Positions 11,273-24,928 of a DNA stretch of 64,000 nt are shown piece by piece. Numbering within the stretch: position 1 is the first letter of the stretch; each line of letters opens with the position of its first letter. The notes below the pieces were generated by a model. It made no database searches and was not told where the DNA came from. It saw only the letters and a program-made list of their open reading frames with translations. The position numbers and the translations under genes are program-made. Location: contig NW_027192191.1 of the NCBI RefSeq assembly GCF_041956535.1, positions 1,568,087-1,632,086 of the forward strand, read 5' to 3'. The stretch is from Calcarisporiella thermophila CBS 279.70 (taxonomy: Eukaryota > Fungi > Calcarisporiellomycota).

Positions 11273-14200
11273 ATGGCGGTGCGGCTGTTGGGTAGCTTTG
11301 AGCCATTTGGCGAGAAATACCTTGGAGAGCACTCTAATATCCCCCATGGTGGTGACGACAAGAATTTTGGTGGCAACTTAGTCGAGTCACCGACAAAGAG
11401 ATACTGCCTTCTCGATGGACGTTTCTATAATCCTCCAGGCTCACCGAGCAATACCGCCTCGCTATCCATGTCAGACGATGGATTCGACGAGGAGCTCTAT
11501 ATTCAGGGTTCAACAGTAGTGTGGAGCCAAGGGAATACGCTGAAAAAGAGCTACAGCTTCAAAGAGGAACAGCCAGTTATGCATGCATTATTTGCATGGT
11601 TTGTTTTTGACGTAGACAACAAGATGAAGGGTAACACGCAGAAACAGTTTGATATCGAAGCAGAGGTACAGCGGAAGCAAAAACTCTTTCGAAATGATGA
11701 ATATATGGATATAGATCAGGATCTGCCTTCTCTTGGACGAGATGATAACAGGCCGGAGCGGCAAGTGGAGCGGGCGCTTTGTGTATTACTAGTTGAAAGT
11801 ATGAAAATTATTCTTCCAAATGGTGAAGAGTACACTCTTCATCTACCTTTTCTTGTACGGCGCGTGATGGCGCTCGATATTGGGCTTCTACTTCAACGTG
11901 AGACTGAAGAGGGAGAACTGCAAGCGACATCCAATACTTCAGCGCTTGCTTCTCTATACAGTTTACTCGATCCACTCGACGAATTCAAGATGGTCTCAAT
12001 AACAGATAGGATATCCACCTTTGGCCAGAGTATTGAGATTGGAAAATCTACGCTACCTTTCGCAAACCTGAACGAAGAAGTAATATTCATTCCGGCACGA
12101 AATCATAAGCTTCCGATTGTAGTAATGTACAACAAGAGTACCATGCGATATACAGTATGGCGTTATGCGACTTACTACTCTAGTGAAGACCCCCACAGCC
12201 CAATTTCGCGATCAACCAGGAAAAGGAGCTCATTTTTTCGAAGCGCATCAGAACATGCTCTGGACCGTGTGTTTTTAACGGACTTGGATAGCTCTGCAAA
12301 TCTTTCCCTTAGCAGTGAGAGAAAGATGAAATCCTTGACGTATCTTGAATTACTATGGACCGACAGCTCGTGCTCAAAGTGAGTAACGACGCATTTCTTT
12401 AATACATTGTTTTGCATTTTTCTTAGTGAAGCAAGATATTAACGAACTGAATCCACTGGTAGAACCATTGGCGCCGACAATGTTTGGATTGCTCATGCAA
12501 TTGACGGGTGTCCTTTACTATGCTTCTTCGATAAAGATAAAGGAAATATTCGAGGATTTCGGATATCTTCTGTTGAAAGTGGGATTAACATCAGTATCAA
12601 CCCCGATCTGGATCTTCCCGCAGAATGCGCCGCCCCGATATATGCGACTCATCGCCACTTCTCTGATATTTTGATATTGCCATCTCAAGGTACTCGACTA
12701 CAATTGTGGTCCGGCTGCGAGCCAATGCTCGAATGTTCGCTCATCGATGACCAAGTAAAGCAGGCAATCACGAGTAAACGACGTCGTGAGCCCTCAATTT
12801 TCGAGGACCAAGAGGTTCGAGTCACTTCTGAGAATCGTGCACCTCTTGAAATCACTTCTCTCAGAGATCCGGTCTTCAACCGTGTCACAGTGGTACTCAA
12901 GGATCACCGGATGGTGCGAACATTATCCGATTTTATTCCCCAGTCTGAATTGGTACGCTCGTGTATGGAGGCGTGCTCATACGTATTACCAGTTGAAATA
13001 TTCATTCGATTCCGCATTCGATTTTTTGAGCTACACTTTAATGGATGGAGGCAATACGCTCACCTTGTATCTACAGAAGAATGGGATAATTTTGCTATTA
13101 CACTTCTCTCCCTGCTTCACCCTTTCCAATCTGACTCTTCTGCCAGTATTACTCGTCAGGAACTCTTAAGTACCGTTGAAGAAGACGATTGGAATTTTCT
13201 CCTAATATCTCGCCATCACAATCTGTACAACAACGATGCACCGATGCGGGCACTTAAAAACGTCAACCCTCCTGTTGTATCTACCCTACAAGGTTGGCTA
13301 ACAAAGGCCTGTGAGCTGCAATCTAGAAATCCTACCGAGATCATTCCTCATCAAACATGTGCTGTGCTCTATGCTCTACATTTGGTGTGTGAGGATGCCA
13401 AGCTAAAGGTTGTCTCACAACGTAATATTTCCTCGCTACTTCCGCTTTTATGGCAGCTTGCACAAAATATTGGCTGGTATGATTATATTGACTATTACCA
13501 GCGTACTTTCTCTAGTATTCTCTTCACCACCATAACGCCACCCGATCAGGATTTAAAAGCTAACTTGTTGTTTGAGAAGAATGAAAAGCTTACTTCCTTG
13601 AGTGAATCCCCGCCGGATATATATCGATGGCTTTATAACTGTCTTCGGCGGAGGACGGTGGATACCCATTTTCCGCAAATCAGTGATCTTGCTTCTATTT
13701 TCAACACAACAAATAATGGCGCTATACGACATGATTTCAACTGTTGTGAAACAACACGAAAAATATGTGGGATTTATGAGGCTCTGTTATCCAAGGGACC
13801 GGAGGCAATGGTGCTAAAAATGGTACAGGAGAGATTGGAAGAAAAAGATATGGACCGGTTTCCCTTTGGTATCGGGGTACCACTGCGGGAGGCGATAAGA
13901 CAATGTCGAAAATCCCCTCCAGCAAGATGGCCACCAGAGGCCTATGTTCTCATTGGTAAATATCTGAATATATCTTCTGGGATATTGGGAGCTAACCGAT
14001 TATTGCTACAATAGGTCGAGAAGATTTGGCTGAGCTTTCATTAGGCTACCCTGTTGGATTTTCACAGGGACTTGTGCGTAGAGATATAGAAAAGGCAAGC
14101 TATTTATGAGTTTGTTTGCTCTCTTGATTCCTGCTGACCAATGTAGAACAAACTCTTTCGTTTATAGAATCGCCAAATACGCGACGTCAATAGCATTTGT

Positions 14201-17200
14201 CAATCAGCCACCCCAGCTGAGCCAACCAAAAAGGACGAGGACGGGACGATAATTACTCTCCAGGATATCGTTAATCTTCGCTTTGGTAAAGATAAAAGGA
14301 TAGCAGAGGTTCAGAAGCTGCTGCAATCGTCGCGCCTCACCAAACTTAGGATGCCTGATATGCCAGAGCTAGGGTAAATAGCATTTCAGCTCTACTCCTG
14401 TCTATTTAGCCCTTATATTTAACCATTTTCCATATTTATAGTGAGCATGAATTGACGGCGGCGCAACAGCAACGTGTTCAACAGCTAACTTGGCGAACCC
14501 TTGCACTTCCTGCCGGACGCGGTATCTTCACTTATGGTACTTCGCTTCCTGTATTGACTGAACGCTTCCCCATCCCTGCGTTTAATTTATCTGCAAAAAT
14601 CAACCCACTTAACACGACTGTCGAACTCGACACGAGTCCGCTTCCCCATGATATTTTCGACTGGCCCGATTTCCACAATGGCGTTGCAGCAGGACTGCGA
14701 ATTTCCTCCAAATGCACGGAGATCGACATCTCGTGGATTGCGTTTAATAAACCGGACGAGTTGAACAGTTCACACGCTGGATTCCTCTTGGCACTGGGAT
14801 TGAATGGGCATGTGAAATCTCTGTTAGGACCATGGCGGAAAAATCGGGCGAACTCAATGGTGACATTCGAGTGCTACAACTATCTTTCTCAGAAACATGA
14901 TTTAACTTCGATTGGGCTGCTCTTGGGAATGGCGGCTGCTTATTGCGGAACAATGAACAGCAGAGTAACAAAGCTTTTGTGCGTTCATATACCCGCACTA
15001 TTGCCGCCCAACTCTAGCAATCTTAATTTACCCTCCTTGACCCAAACGGCCTCGCTATTGGGGATTGGTCTTCTCTACATGGGCACAGCTCATCGCCGTA
15101 TGACGGAGGTAATGCTTGAAGAGATCGGACGACGAGAATTATCCGTCCTAGATGCAAACAATATGCATCGCGAGTGCTATTCCCTTGCTGCAGGATTGGG
15201 GCTCGGTTTCATCACACTTGGACGTGGTTCAGAAGCATTCGGGCTAGCAGACATAAGAATTGTCGATGTATTGCTCCGGTATATTAACGGAGGAAAACTG
15301 GATAGTTCGAAAGGCTCTGCAGCGTGGAACCTGCACTCTTACTCAGCCATGAATCCACCCCCAGCAGGGGGCTCTTCTTCCTTTAACCAATGCGTTCGTG
15401 AGGGCGAGAGCATCAACGTGGACATAACTGCACCGGGGGCCACAATTGCTCTGGGACTTATGTACTTGAAAACCAATAATGCTACTATTGCCGCGAAACT
15501 CACTGTCCCGCAGACGCTGTTTTTGCTTGATTTCGTTCGACCTGATTTTTTATTGCTACGTGTTCTATGTCGCAACTTGATTATGTGGGACTCCATTGTT
15601 CCCGAACGCGAGTGGGTTGAGGCGCAGGTTCCCCCTTTCATCCATGGAATATTGCGCCACACCGCTGGAGTGCCGGGGAACGAAAGTGATATGGAAGAAG
15701 AAGAGAAGCACACTGATGCGAATATCGAATCGGTTCGGCAAGCTTACTACAATATTATCACGGGTGCTTGTATGAATATTGGACTACGTTATGCTGGCTC
15801 GGGTGATAGAAATGCTTCGCATTGTCTGCTCCATTATCTGGACTATTTCATTTCTCTCTCGAACACAGCACGTAAGTTCTACCTACTCGATTTAGCCACA
15901 TTGATCTACGTTCCTCTAATATTCAATTTCTTTATTATTACAGCAACCACGTTCGAGGAAAGAATATCAAAGAATACGATTCGCTCCTGCCTGGATATTG
16001 TCGCCGTTTCACTTTCCATTATCATGGTTGGAACTGGCGATTTGGATATTTTGCGGCGTCTTCGCAAGCTTCATGGTCGAATAAATGCTGATACCAATTA
16101 TGGCAACCACATGGCGGCACATATGGCTATAGGATTCCTCTTTGCAAGTGGCGGTCAAATCTCAATTGGCACATCGAATAAAGCAATAGCTGCATTAGTG
16201 TGTGCGCTGTTCCCACGGTTTCCACTGTCGCCAAATGATAACCGGGCCCACTTGCAGGCTTGGAGGCACTTATGGGTCCTGGCGGTTGAGCCTCGATGTC
16301 TGGTGACGAGGGATGTTGAGACAAGGGAAGCATGTTTAGTGCCAATTACTCTGACTCTCAAGGGAAAAGATCAAGAAGCGTCGCGCGAAGTGACTATGGT
16401 GACACCGTGCCTGCTGCCGGATTTTGCCACGATAAAGACGATCAAGTTAACAACCCCTAGATATTGGCCAATTGAGCTCGACTTGGAAGGAAATCCTGAG
16501 CACTTGCAGTCATTGTTAAAGACGCAGGTTATATTTGTGAAGCGGAAGACTGGACACTTAAGCTATAATGAGGTAATTGGCCGCCGCTAAGATTATGTCC
16601 AGCTAGAAATTAACTCTCTTGTTTTTAATCTTTAGGATCCAAAGGGGTTTAGAAGTATTTTCAATCGTTCACTCCCTCGCCGTATGCGTGTTGATGCTGA
16701 AATCGGGAATGAGCGAGCTAGTCGAGATGAATATGTGAAAACGTTCTCGGCCGATCCTCAGGTGCTTGCTTTTGCTACCCACCTGTGCCATGGTGAATCC
16801 GACCTTGCCACGTTCTGCACTCCAGTCCTTTACGAAAGTCTCACCCTTGATAAACCCGAAGCAATACAAATCTACCTTCAACTTTATCAAGTAAGGCAAG
16901 GGATGGAGCGAGGAGTGGTTAACACTCTGGAGCTATGGAACGTGAAGTTGGTTCTGGCTCATTACGACGCCATAGAGCAATTTATCGGCGAGGAAGTGGA
17001 ACCACCACTTCTGCAAGAATCATTTGTTTCAGCACTGCGCAATGGAGTGGATGAATTCTTCACTGGCTTAACGCGCAACACTGAAAGGAAACTCTCTCAC
17101 ATGGTTCGGGAGTACTTTGTAGATACAAAATATCCTTTCCAATTCGACTGCAAATTAGATGCGGAATTATTGAGTGCCTATCTTGTGTATTATGATGTAC

Positions 17201-17355
17201 CATCACCGGCTTCCCTAAGGACTCTAGCCACCTTACTGTCAAAAGAAACAAGGGAGAGCACTGCCAATGCAAGATTAACTTTATGGTCTGCACTGCCAGA
17301 GCTCAAAATTGATACCCTCGAGCTAATTCTGTCAGATTGTAAGCTGACAAGCTAG
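11273..17355 (+). CDS. APC1: Anaphase-promoting complex subunit 1, multi-exon
   Basis: FHNGVAAGLRI, HAGFLLALGLNGH, PGATIALGLMYLKT, RPDFLLLR, YGNHMAAHMAIG and HLQAWRHLWVLAVEPR match the APC1 PC repeats and C-terminus. The ORF segments join through GT/GC-AG introns. Confidence 0.96.
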
Positions 17356-17615
17356 AGAACTTATTTGTATATGATACAGAGATATCTTTTTTTTTGCATT
17401 AATAAATTGATTTCCTTATGATATAATGTACAGGTATTGAATTATGATTTTAGCCTCTATGTTCATCACTTGTTCTGATTTTGCTCGATTAAACAGAGAA
17501 TTGTGACTTTAAATTTCAGCATCAGTAATTTCGAGGGAAATTCTAGAGAAAAGTAGAGGGCCCAGCCGAATTTAAGTTCCTTCTCTTTGCTCCCTCAATC
17601 ATCTACTGAAAAAAG

Positions 17616-18389
17616 ATGGTGAGTATGACGAGATGGCTACTTTTACGTTCCTGTAGAGAATGGATGGGGGGATTGAAGCCCTCTCTGTGATGGATGGATG
17701 GTTTCCGTAGTGGTTGGATGGTTTTCTAAAGATCTATTAATTCGGTCATCCTTAATGGCTTATATGAATCGAGATCTAATTGGTTTTGGAGTTTTTAGCC
17801 GACCAGACTGCACAAGAACAGGAAGAAGCGCGGACACGTCTCTGCCGGTCACGGTCGTATTGGTAATTCTATTCAATTCTTTTATAGATCTTGGATTCTC
17901 TTAATTTAATTCAATCCCCCAATCTACAGGTAAACACCGCAAGCATCCGGGAGGTCGTGGTTTGGCTGGTGGTCAGCATCACCACCGCACTAACTTTGAC
18001 AAATTCCATCCGGGTTACTTTGGTAAGGTTGGTATGCGCCATTTCCACCTTACCAAGAACAAGTACCATCGCCCAGTCGTCAACATCGACAAGCTGTGGA
18101 CACTTGTTTCGGAGGAGACACGCAAGAAGTATGCCGGAAAAACCGACGTGGTCCCAGTAATTGACACGATCCGTGCTGTATGTATATTTGTCATGTACTC
18201 GAGATTTTTCCTGATTTTCTCAATGCAAATTTCTTTCTGCTGTTAATCTAGGGTTATGGCAAGGTTCTTGGTAAAGGTCGCCTTCCCTCACAGCCCCTCA
18301 TCGTCAAAGCTCGTTTCGTTTCGAAGCTTGCTGAAGAGAAGATTAAGGCCGCCGGTGGTGTTGTCGACATCGTTCAAAAGTCTGCTTAA
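17616..18389 (+). CDS. RPL28: 60S ribosomal protein uL15 (yeast L28 / mammalian L27a); the coding part of exon 1 is the ATG alone
   Basis: M|[22 protein letters not shown]|[38 protein letters not shown]..|GYGKVLGKG. Confidence 0.97.
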
Positions 18390-19075
18390 AACCGTGGGCT
18401 CCAAATGTTCCTGCAGCTTATTCTATTACATCCTCTTTATTTCTAAGAGGGAATGTAAATGGAGTTTTAGAATAATAAACGAAAATTTTTTCATATGTTT
18501 TCATCTCAAGGTCTAAGGCTTCTTTAATCTTTTCTTTGAGCCATTAAATTGAATGTGGAGCAAGGCCAGTATTATCGTTCAATGTCTGAATGATATGTCG
18601 AGAAAGTAATTCCACATATATATCCTGGGATCACATTTATAGTATAACTCGAGTCTGCGTGCAGGTATTTGTAGTCGGTTACGATAAAATGTAACCATTT
18701 TTAATATTACTCAGAACCTAAGCCCGCCTGGCCTATACCTTAACAATCCGCATGTATAAATATAAAAGCGATTGATACATCACATATGTCTATTGCTTTT
18801 ATATTTATAGCATATACAAAAATATCGTTCATTTCTTAATAGAAATATTTTTAATCTCAATGAAATTCAGTGAGGTAATGTTTGGTCTTTTCAAACTACA
18901 TCCCTCAAGAGTGGCAACAAAAAAATGAAAAATTTATGATAGAAAACGCTGACTGGACTGAATGTTGGTTAATAGGGGAAATGGTGCAATGTTTACATTC
19001 TCCTTTGGTTGCTAGCGTCCGATATATACTGAAGACTTGACATTTATTCTTGAATGAAATGCTTTTCACTTGATA

Positions 19076-19216
19076 GCCAAGATAGTAGCTATTTAAGGTC
19101 TATAGGAAACAGGGTAAATTTCGGTAGAATATTCTGACACGTCATGCTCACTCCCAAAGAGGAATTCTGCCATATTAAAGTCGAATGTGACTGATGTTCA
19201 AGCCAAGAGCCAAGAA
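19076..19216 (+). promoter_or_regulatory. Three GCCAAG (PacC/Rim101-type) motifs upstream of LITAF
   Basis: GCCAAG at 19076-19081, 19202-19207 and 19209-19214 (the last is GCCAAGAA), all on the same strand in an AT-rich promoter. Confidence 0.5.
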
Positions 19217-19303
19217 AAATTTTTGCAAGATAAATGGGCCTTTGTCCTTAAAAATTCGCTGATATTTCCTAACCATCTTTTAATATAATCATTCAAAACA
19301 AAG

Positions 19304-19732
19304 ATGCAACCAACCGACAACAATCCAAACGTTGCCCCGCAAGATGTTAAATATCCCGACGGCAAACCCCCGCAGCAACAAGAGAGCACTCAGCTTCCAC
19401 CTTACACTCAATACCCCCAACCTCCACCCACTACTTCTACTACGTATGTGCTTAATACACCCCTCCCCCCATCAGCCTTGCGGGGTAGGCCTGCAATAAC
19501 TGTCTGCCCCCATTGCCAACACGCCGTTCTTACACGGGTAGATTGTAAACCTGGAAATCTTGCGTGGCTTTCAATGGCTGGTATCTGCGTTATTGGCGCT
19601 GCAGTATTGTTCTGGGCCCCCCTTGTTATTCGGGATCTTCAAGACGCTACCCACTACTGTACGGTATGCACGCGGCCAATTGCTGTTTATGATCGGTTGC
19701 GGGGTCAAGCAGAAGTAATGGGAACACAATAA
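19304..19732 (+). CDS. LITAF/SIMPLE-domain protein
   Basis: Pro-rich N-terminus with LPPY, then CPHC, a hydrophobic segment and HYCTVC zinc knuckles. Confidence 0.9.
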   Translation: MQPTDNNPNVAPQDVKYPDGKPPQQQESTQLPPYTQYPQPPPTTSTTYVLNTPLPPSALRGRPAITVCPHCQHAVLTRVDCKPGNLAWLSMAGICVIGAAVLFWAPLVIRDLQDATHYCTVCTRPIAVYDRLRGQAEVMGTQ

Positions 19733-20032
19733 AAGACTTTGTTCGCAAAAATGGCGCCAACCCGCACTAAATACAAGTCCAAGTACTGATTTATACTAAT
19801 AAGTTGTTAGTTGTACTTTATTCTTTCTACAACACGTTTATAAACGCATATCTACATATTCCCCCGCATCAAAATTAGTAGGTTATTTTGAAGGCTCGAT
19901 TGAGTTCTGAGAAGGTTTTAAATTACAATCTAAACGAAGAGATATATATTAAACACAATAAAAACATCAATCAATCTGAAGAAGAGTTCTAAATTGATTT
20001 TCCCTATAAAAAATACAGAACCATGGGCGCTT

Positions 20033-22104
20033 TCAAGCCAATACCTGACTCGGGTCTTTTCCCATAAATATGTGATAGATTCGCTTCGACATTGCAGGTC
20101 CAATACGTCTAGGTCGTTGCCCAGGGATCGCAACCCTCTCAACTTCGATATCGGCAAGTAGCATTTCTCCTTCTTCGATCGACTCACAAGCAAAATAGGC
20201 GTCATACAAAGAGCGAACTGTCGGGTATACTTCAACAATACTCTCAGCTATCCGTGGTGTAACTAACTGGATTTCTTGGAGCATCCGAAGCCAGGACTCA
20301 GCAGCATCCGAGCCGCAGCGAACATGAGCGTTGGCCCAGAAATTGAAGTTTGCGTTGCGCTTTGTCCTATTTATTATTTTTTTTATAAAAAAGCAAATGA
20401 AACAGAGTTAGTCCAGTCCAGTCTCACGCAGCCATGGGTTTTGGATTACTTGTATGGTCGTGTGGCAATGTCCATTGTAAATTGTAAGATAGTTTCTGCG
20501 GATTGTTTACTACCGGTGGTATGAACAATCAGATACCGCTTCATCAATTGTAGTGAAATCAACTCTTCCTCTATATGCTCTCGCTTTGGGTTTTCCCTTG
20601 ATTCTTCGCCAGTGCTGTCCTGACTCAGTGAAGCCCCGGAGGCTTGTCTGACAGCCCTTGCAAATTGTCGCCGTTCATCTTGCTTCTGCTTTTTATAATA
20701 TTTTTCCAAACCTTCTATCAAAAGTATTATACGTTTTCCAGGATATTGCTGCTGCAATATATCTGCGTGTCGTAGCAACGCCTTTGCTCGCACCAGGTCC
20801 ACGAGCTCGTTTGCCATCATATATTCGAGCACGAAAATTTCTTCGCATATCTTTGGCTCTACCGTCACAAATTCGGCTCGGTCCTCGTTCCATTCGCATG
20901 TCACCCGTCGACGCCAATAAACTGTCAAATCTGAACTTTCCGGAAGTGGATTATAGGAGATCTTGTGAGCATCGAAAGCTTCTCGAAGTTGGGGTCCTAT
21001 CTCTGTTTCATCGAGTAGGCGACCATTTACATCCACTATCATTTCTTCTTCGGCACACTCGGAGCGGGATGTACGCACCCGATTTGCACTGCGGAGCTCG
21101 CGTTCTTTCTGCTTGGCGAGCTCTCTTTCCTCCTAATTATTGATTCAAGATTAAGCTATTCATCCACTACATCGAAGCACATAATAGCTTACCTTTTTTC
21201 TTTGTTTCTCCAGTCGTTTCGCCTCTTTCTCCAGCTCTTTCTGTAGTAGCGTTGCTTCCCGAGCTTGTTGCTAAAGTCAGCTATATATTTTAGTATAAGG
21301 ACGACTCTTCAAATATCCTGGACTACCTACCCTGGTCAACTTGTGGGACTCTTTCAACATTCTGCTATTTAGCTTGCTCTTTTTTTTCTTAGTCGGGCCC
21401 GTATCCCAACCATCACCGGCACTTCCTGAATCTTTAGACAATAACAATTCCTCAAATATGCTGCCTCCCCTTGTCGGTGAGGATTTTCTGTTCACTGAGG
21501 TTTGAATGAGTGTAGCTACGGTGGGAAAATCAGATCCACCCGATGACGGGAGTGCACTCGATCGAGAGGGATGACTACAAGTCTCACGAGGTGGACTGCT
21601 TGACATAAGTGAAATGATCTTTGGTTCTTCCACCGCATATGGATCTGCGAGTTGAATAGGGTCGCTGCTATTGTTCAGATCGACCGAATGCATGGAAATC
21701 ATCTTTCTCTTTGAGTTTGAGTTGCATGGTTCCGGAGAGTTTAGTACGTTTTCGCACATTTCTCTCAGACCTCCCGAGGACGGCTCTGCGTCTTCTGGAA
21801 GTGGGTTTGCATCACGAGATAAAGATTTTACACTTTTTTTAGTAGACCCATGTCTGGAATCTCCAAGAGGAGTACGTATGTCTTTTGTGAAGTCGATGAT
21901 GGAGCAAGTAGAGGATACGGTGAGAGGAGTCGTAATTTTTTTACTATTTTTTGTGTTTGGCTACGAGAGAAGTGGAAGATATAATGAAATGTACAATAGA
22001 TATAAAAGGGATAGACTTACGGTGTAAATGCTCTGACTGTGATACCATTTCGTGGACGCGTCAGGAGAGGATGTGCCATCTAGAACTATGATACTCTCAT
22101 CCAT
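20033..22104 (-). CDS. EME1: EME1/Mms4 non-catalytic subunit of the Mus81 endonuclease (ERCC4 domain), multi-exon
   Basis: Disordered N-terminus, coiled coil, EEMIVDV, ILLIEGLEKYY, IEEELISLQL, DIATRPYK, W..MLQEIQLVT..AESIV..YPTVRSL, RRIGPAMSKRIY. Confidence 0.9.
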
Positions 22105-22134
22105 GTTGCAAGCGACAAATTCCCAAGTGCGCTA

Positions 22135-22140
22135 ACGCGT
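22135..22140. promoter_or_regulatory. MCB element ACGCGT in the EME1-EIF1AD divergent promoter
   Basis: Perfect ACGCGT 30 bp upstream of the EME1 ATG. MCB is established for fungal G1/S DNA-repair genes. Confidence 0.45.
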
Positions 22141-22243
22141 CTCTAATAATGTGTGACTGTGTGATTAATTTAATTATTTCAAGCCACTGCTAATTATGAA
22201 AAATCTAAACAAGATACTTTGCACATTTGAACATCACACACTT

Positions 22244-22906
22244 ATGGGCAAAAAGCAATTAACCCGTGAAGTCCTCTTAGACACACCATCCGTAACCCCA
22301 CCCAACTTTGTAGCTCGTGTTGTTGCCTCTCGTGGCAAAAATCTCTTTGATGTGGTGCTACCGGATAAAAGAGAGACGCTTGCTTTACTTCCGCCGAGGT
22401 TCCGTAATCTTATCTGGGTGAAGCGAGGGCATTTTGTCGTAGTCGATCCAACCGATGTGGCAGAGAAAGGGGGCAAGGTGGAGGGTGAAATTGTCCATGT
22501 GCTATATCCAGAGCATGTGAAAGAGTTGAAACGACAGGGTATATGGTAAATATCTTTTCGAATGAATGTTGCAAGCATTCGACTTTATTAATCTGATAAA
22601 TCCCGGAGGTGTAGTTTTGTTTTTACAATCCATGAGAAGCTGATTCCTATTTTCTATCTTTCCCATACTAATAGGCCGGTGGAATTTGATGATAATCAAA
22701 ATTCTCTAGCCGATGAAAAAAGTGATGAATCTGAATCGGACGATAATGACATTTTTGTGAACAACAACCGAGCCATAGTCGAGGAGTCGGATTCTGAGGA
22801 AGAAAGCGATAATCAAGAATACGAGGAGGAATCTGAGAACGAGGGTATGGACGAGGCAGCCGAAGAAATCGAAAAGCCTGGGAAAGAAGCAAGCTCCCGA
22901 TCATGA
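22244..22906 (+). CDS. EIF1AD: EIF1AD-like S1/eIF1A-domain RNA-binding protein (2 exons)
   Basis: VARVVASRGKNLFDV, LPPRFRNLIWVKRGHFVVVDP, KVEGEIVHVL, LKRQGIW|P, and an acidic tail containing FVNNNR. Confidence 0.9.
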
Positions 22907-23313
22907 TATACTGCTGATATTTCATCGTTCGCTTTGTCATTATATCTTTAAGATATTTATGTTAGAACTTTTTTTTTCAAATTAGAGATTTTATCTCTTC
23001 CCCGCTGCATCATCACTTCTTGTATAATAGAATCTGTTAGCAATATATCAATCCCGGACTTAATGTGGCTAAAAAATTATTGATTCTCAGTCCATAAAAT
23101 TGGATTTCTCAATTTCTTAGTATTAGACCCTTTTTTATATCTGGTTTAACATAGATGATTGAATTCATATTTGCCTCCTGAATTGATGGTTTACTCTCGG
23201 CCTTGCTCCCCTATAAATTGGCTTGCCTAACTCTCCATTTTACTACGATTCGCCCAAATTGCTTTGCGCAACATCGGTAAGAGCTTTTTAATAATAAGAT
23301 CCAAGAAATCACG

Positions 23314-24384
23314 ATGCGCGATGAATTGGGGCACCCATCTCAGCCAAATCGACAGCGGAGGCCTGTCCATTTTCATCCACTTAGCGATGTCAGCGCCAGG
23401 AGGCGTTGGTCTTTCGATTGGGCAGAAACAAGATCGTCGGTTTATAACGAAAATGCATTGCAAACCAATTTTAGCATCTTTATTGAGAATGGCCAATTGA
23501 ATGAGGATGCTGAAGATTTGAAAAGAGCGAGGGAGGAGGATGGATCGGATTCCAGCGAAGTAGCCAGAAGTGTACCGGATACAGGGGAAGGATTAAGGCG
23601 AGTGATAGTGCATCGGGTTGAACCAGATGACACATTGGCGGGAGTGGCTCTGAGCTACGGAGTAGAGGTAAAGATAGAGTAGCATACTCACGCCTCCACT
23701 TATACTTGAGCTTAATCCTGTCCCATTTAGATTGCGATGCTAAAGCGCATGAATAAGCTTTGGGCCAACGATTCCATCCACATGCGAAAGTACATATACA
23801 TTCCCATTGAGGACCTCCTGCATGATAAAAACTCTTTCGTCCGCGGGGACTCCATAACTTTTGCGCGGAGAATGCGCCATAATATGACCCCCTCCCGCAC
23901 AGTTTCCTCTGACTCTGCAGTAATCAGACCGGTCTCCGACCGGCCTTCCCCCTGGCGGCAAAATAATAATTCAATTCCTTCACCCTCCTCCTCACCCTGC
24001 CACAGATCGGCTCTGACTGAAGCCGAAATTCAGACGCTCCCCGCGTCCCAGCTGTCATTTTTCCCTCCTCCACGTCGAAAACGTTCCTTCTCCGCAAGCA
24101 GCGTGATGAGTGATCCCACATCGACGAACAACCGAAACCATCCCCACGCATCCACCAACTCTTCTACCTCCTCTTTAGAATATTTTTCTCCCTCCATTAT
24201 ACCTCGAATTTCCGGCTCCGGCAAGATGGTCGACCTCCTATTGAATCGATTGCTTGGCCTAATGCACTTGTACCGGAAGGCTGGCTCACCGCGTAATCTC
24301 CTTAAACTCCACGCAACACATCAGCGGAACTTGTCCCCCGATGGCCTAGAATTGGAAGATGGGATTAATTCATTTGAGCTTTGA
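23314..24384 (+). CDS. LysM-domain protein (LYSMD-like, no signal peptide), 2 exons
   Basis: IVHRVEPDDTLAGVALSYGVE|IAMLKRMNKLWANDSIHMRKYIYIP is a single LysM domain. The start codon is uncertain. Confidence 0.85.
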
Positions 24385-24928
24385 CTGACCTCGCGCGCAC
24401 ACGCACACACGTATATATCGCTACTTTATTATATTATTCTTGATTTTTTTTTCTCCTTGGACTCTTACTTTTATTGTTGCTTTATAATTATTATTGTTTC
24501 TTTGTTTTTCTCGCGGAAATTACCTACTTCTGTATTATAACGTCTCCCCTGTAATAAATTTAAAAATATTGACTTTGATTTACCAAGAAATATCCCTACA
24601 TTTCATTTTGGTTAAGGATGCTGTGTGCTGTATTCCATGATTTTTGAATTGAATGCTTCATCACCTCAGTCGTCGCCTCCCTGGCATATGTGTGCAGCGT
24701 CAAGATAAAAGTCTCGCCTAGTGTATTTGGATATAACGCTTAAGTATACGCGAAATTTTTATTTCATATCTCAAGCGAGAATTGAGTATAATTTTTTAGC
24801 ATCCTTTTAGCGTCTTTTTTTTTCCAAATGCATAGCGAGATAATATTTACTAGGTGCAACTCTTCAACGAAATTCTGGTGTTGGATAGTGCATTTAGGAA
24901 TGAAAATCTATTTACAAGTGAAAGGTGA

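Noticed and set aside
18750-18930. TATA-like box followed by ATGAAATTCAGTGAG|GTAATG, a possible tiny exon
   Set aside because: I found no convincing downstream exon or product.
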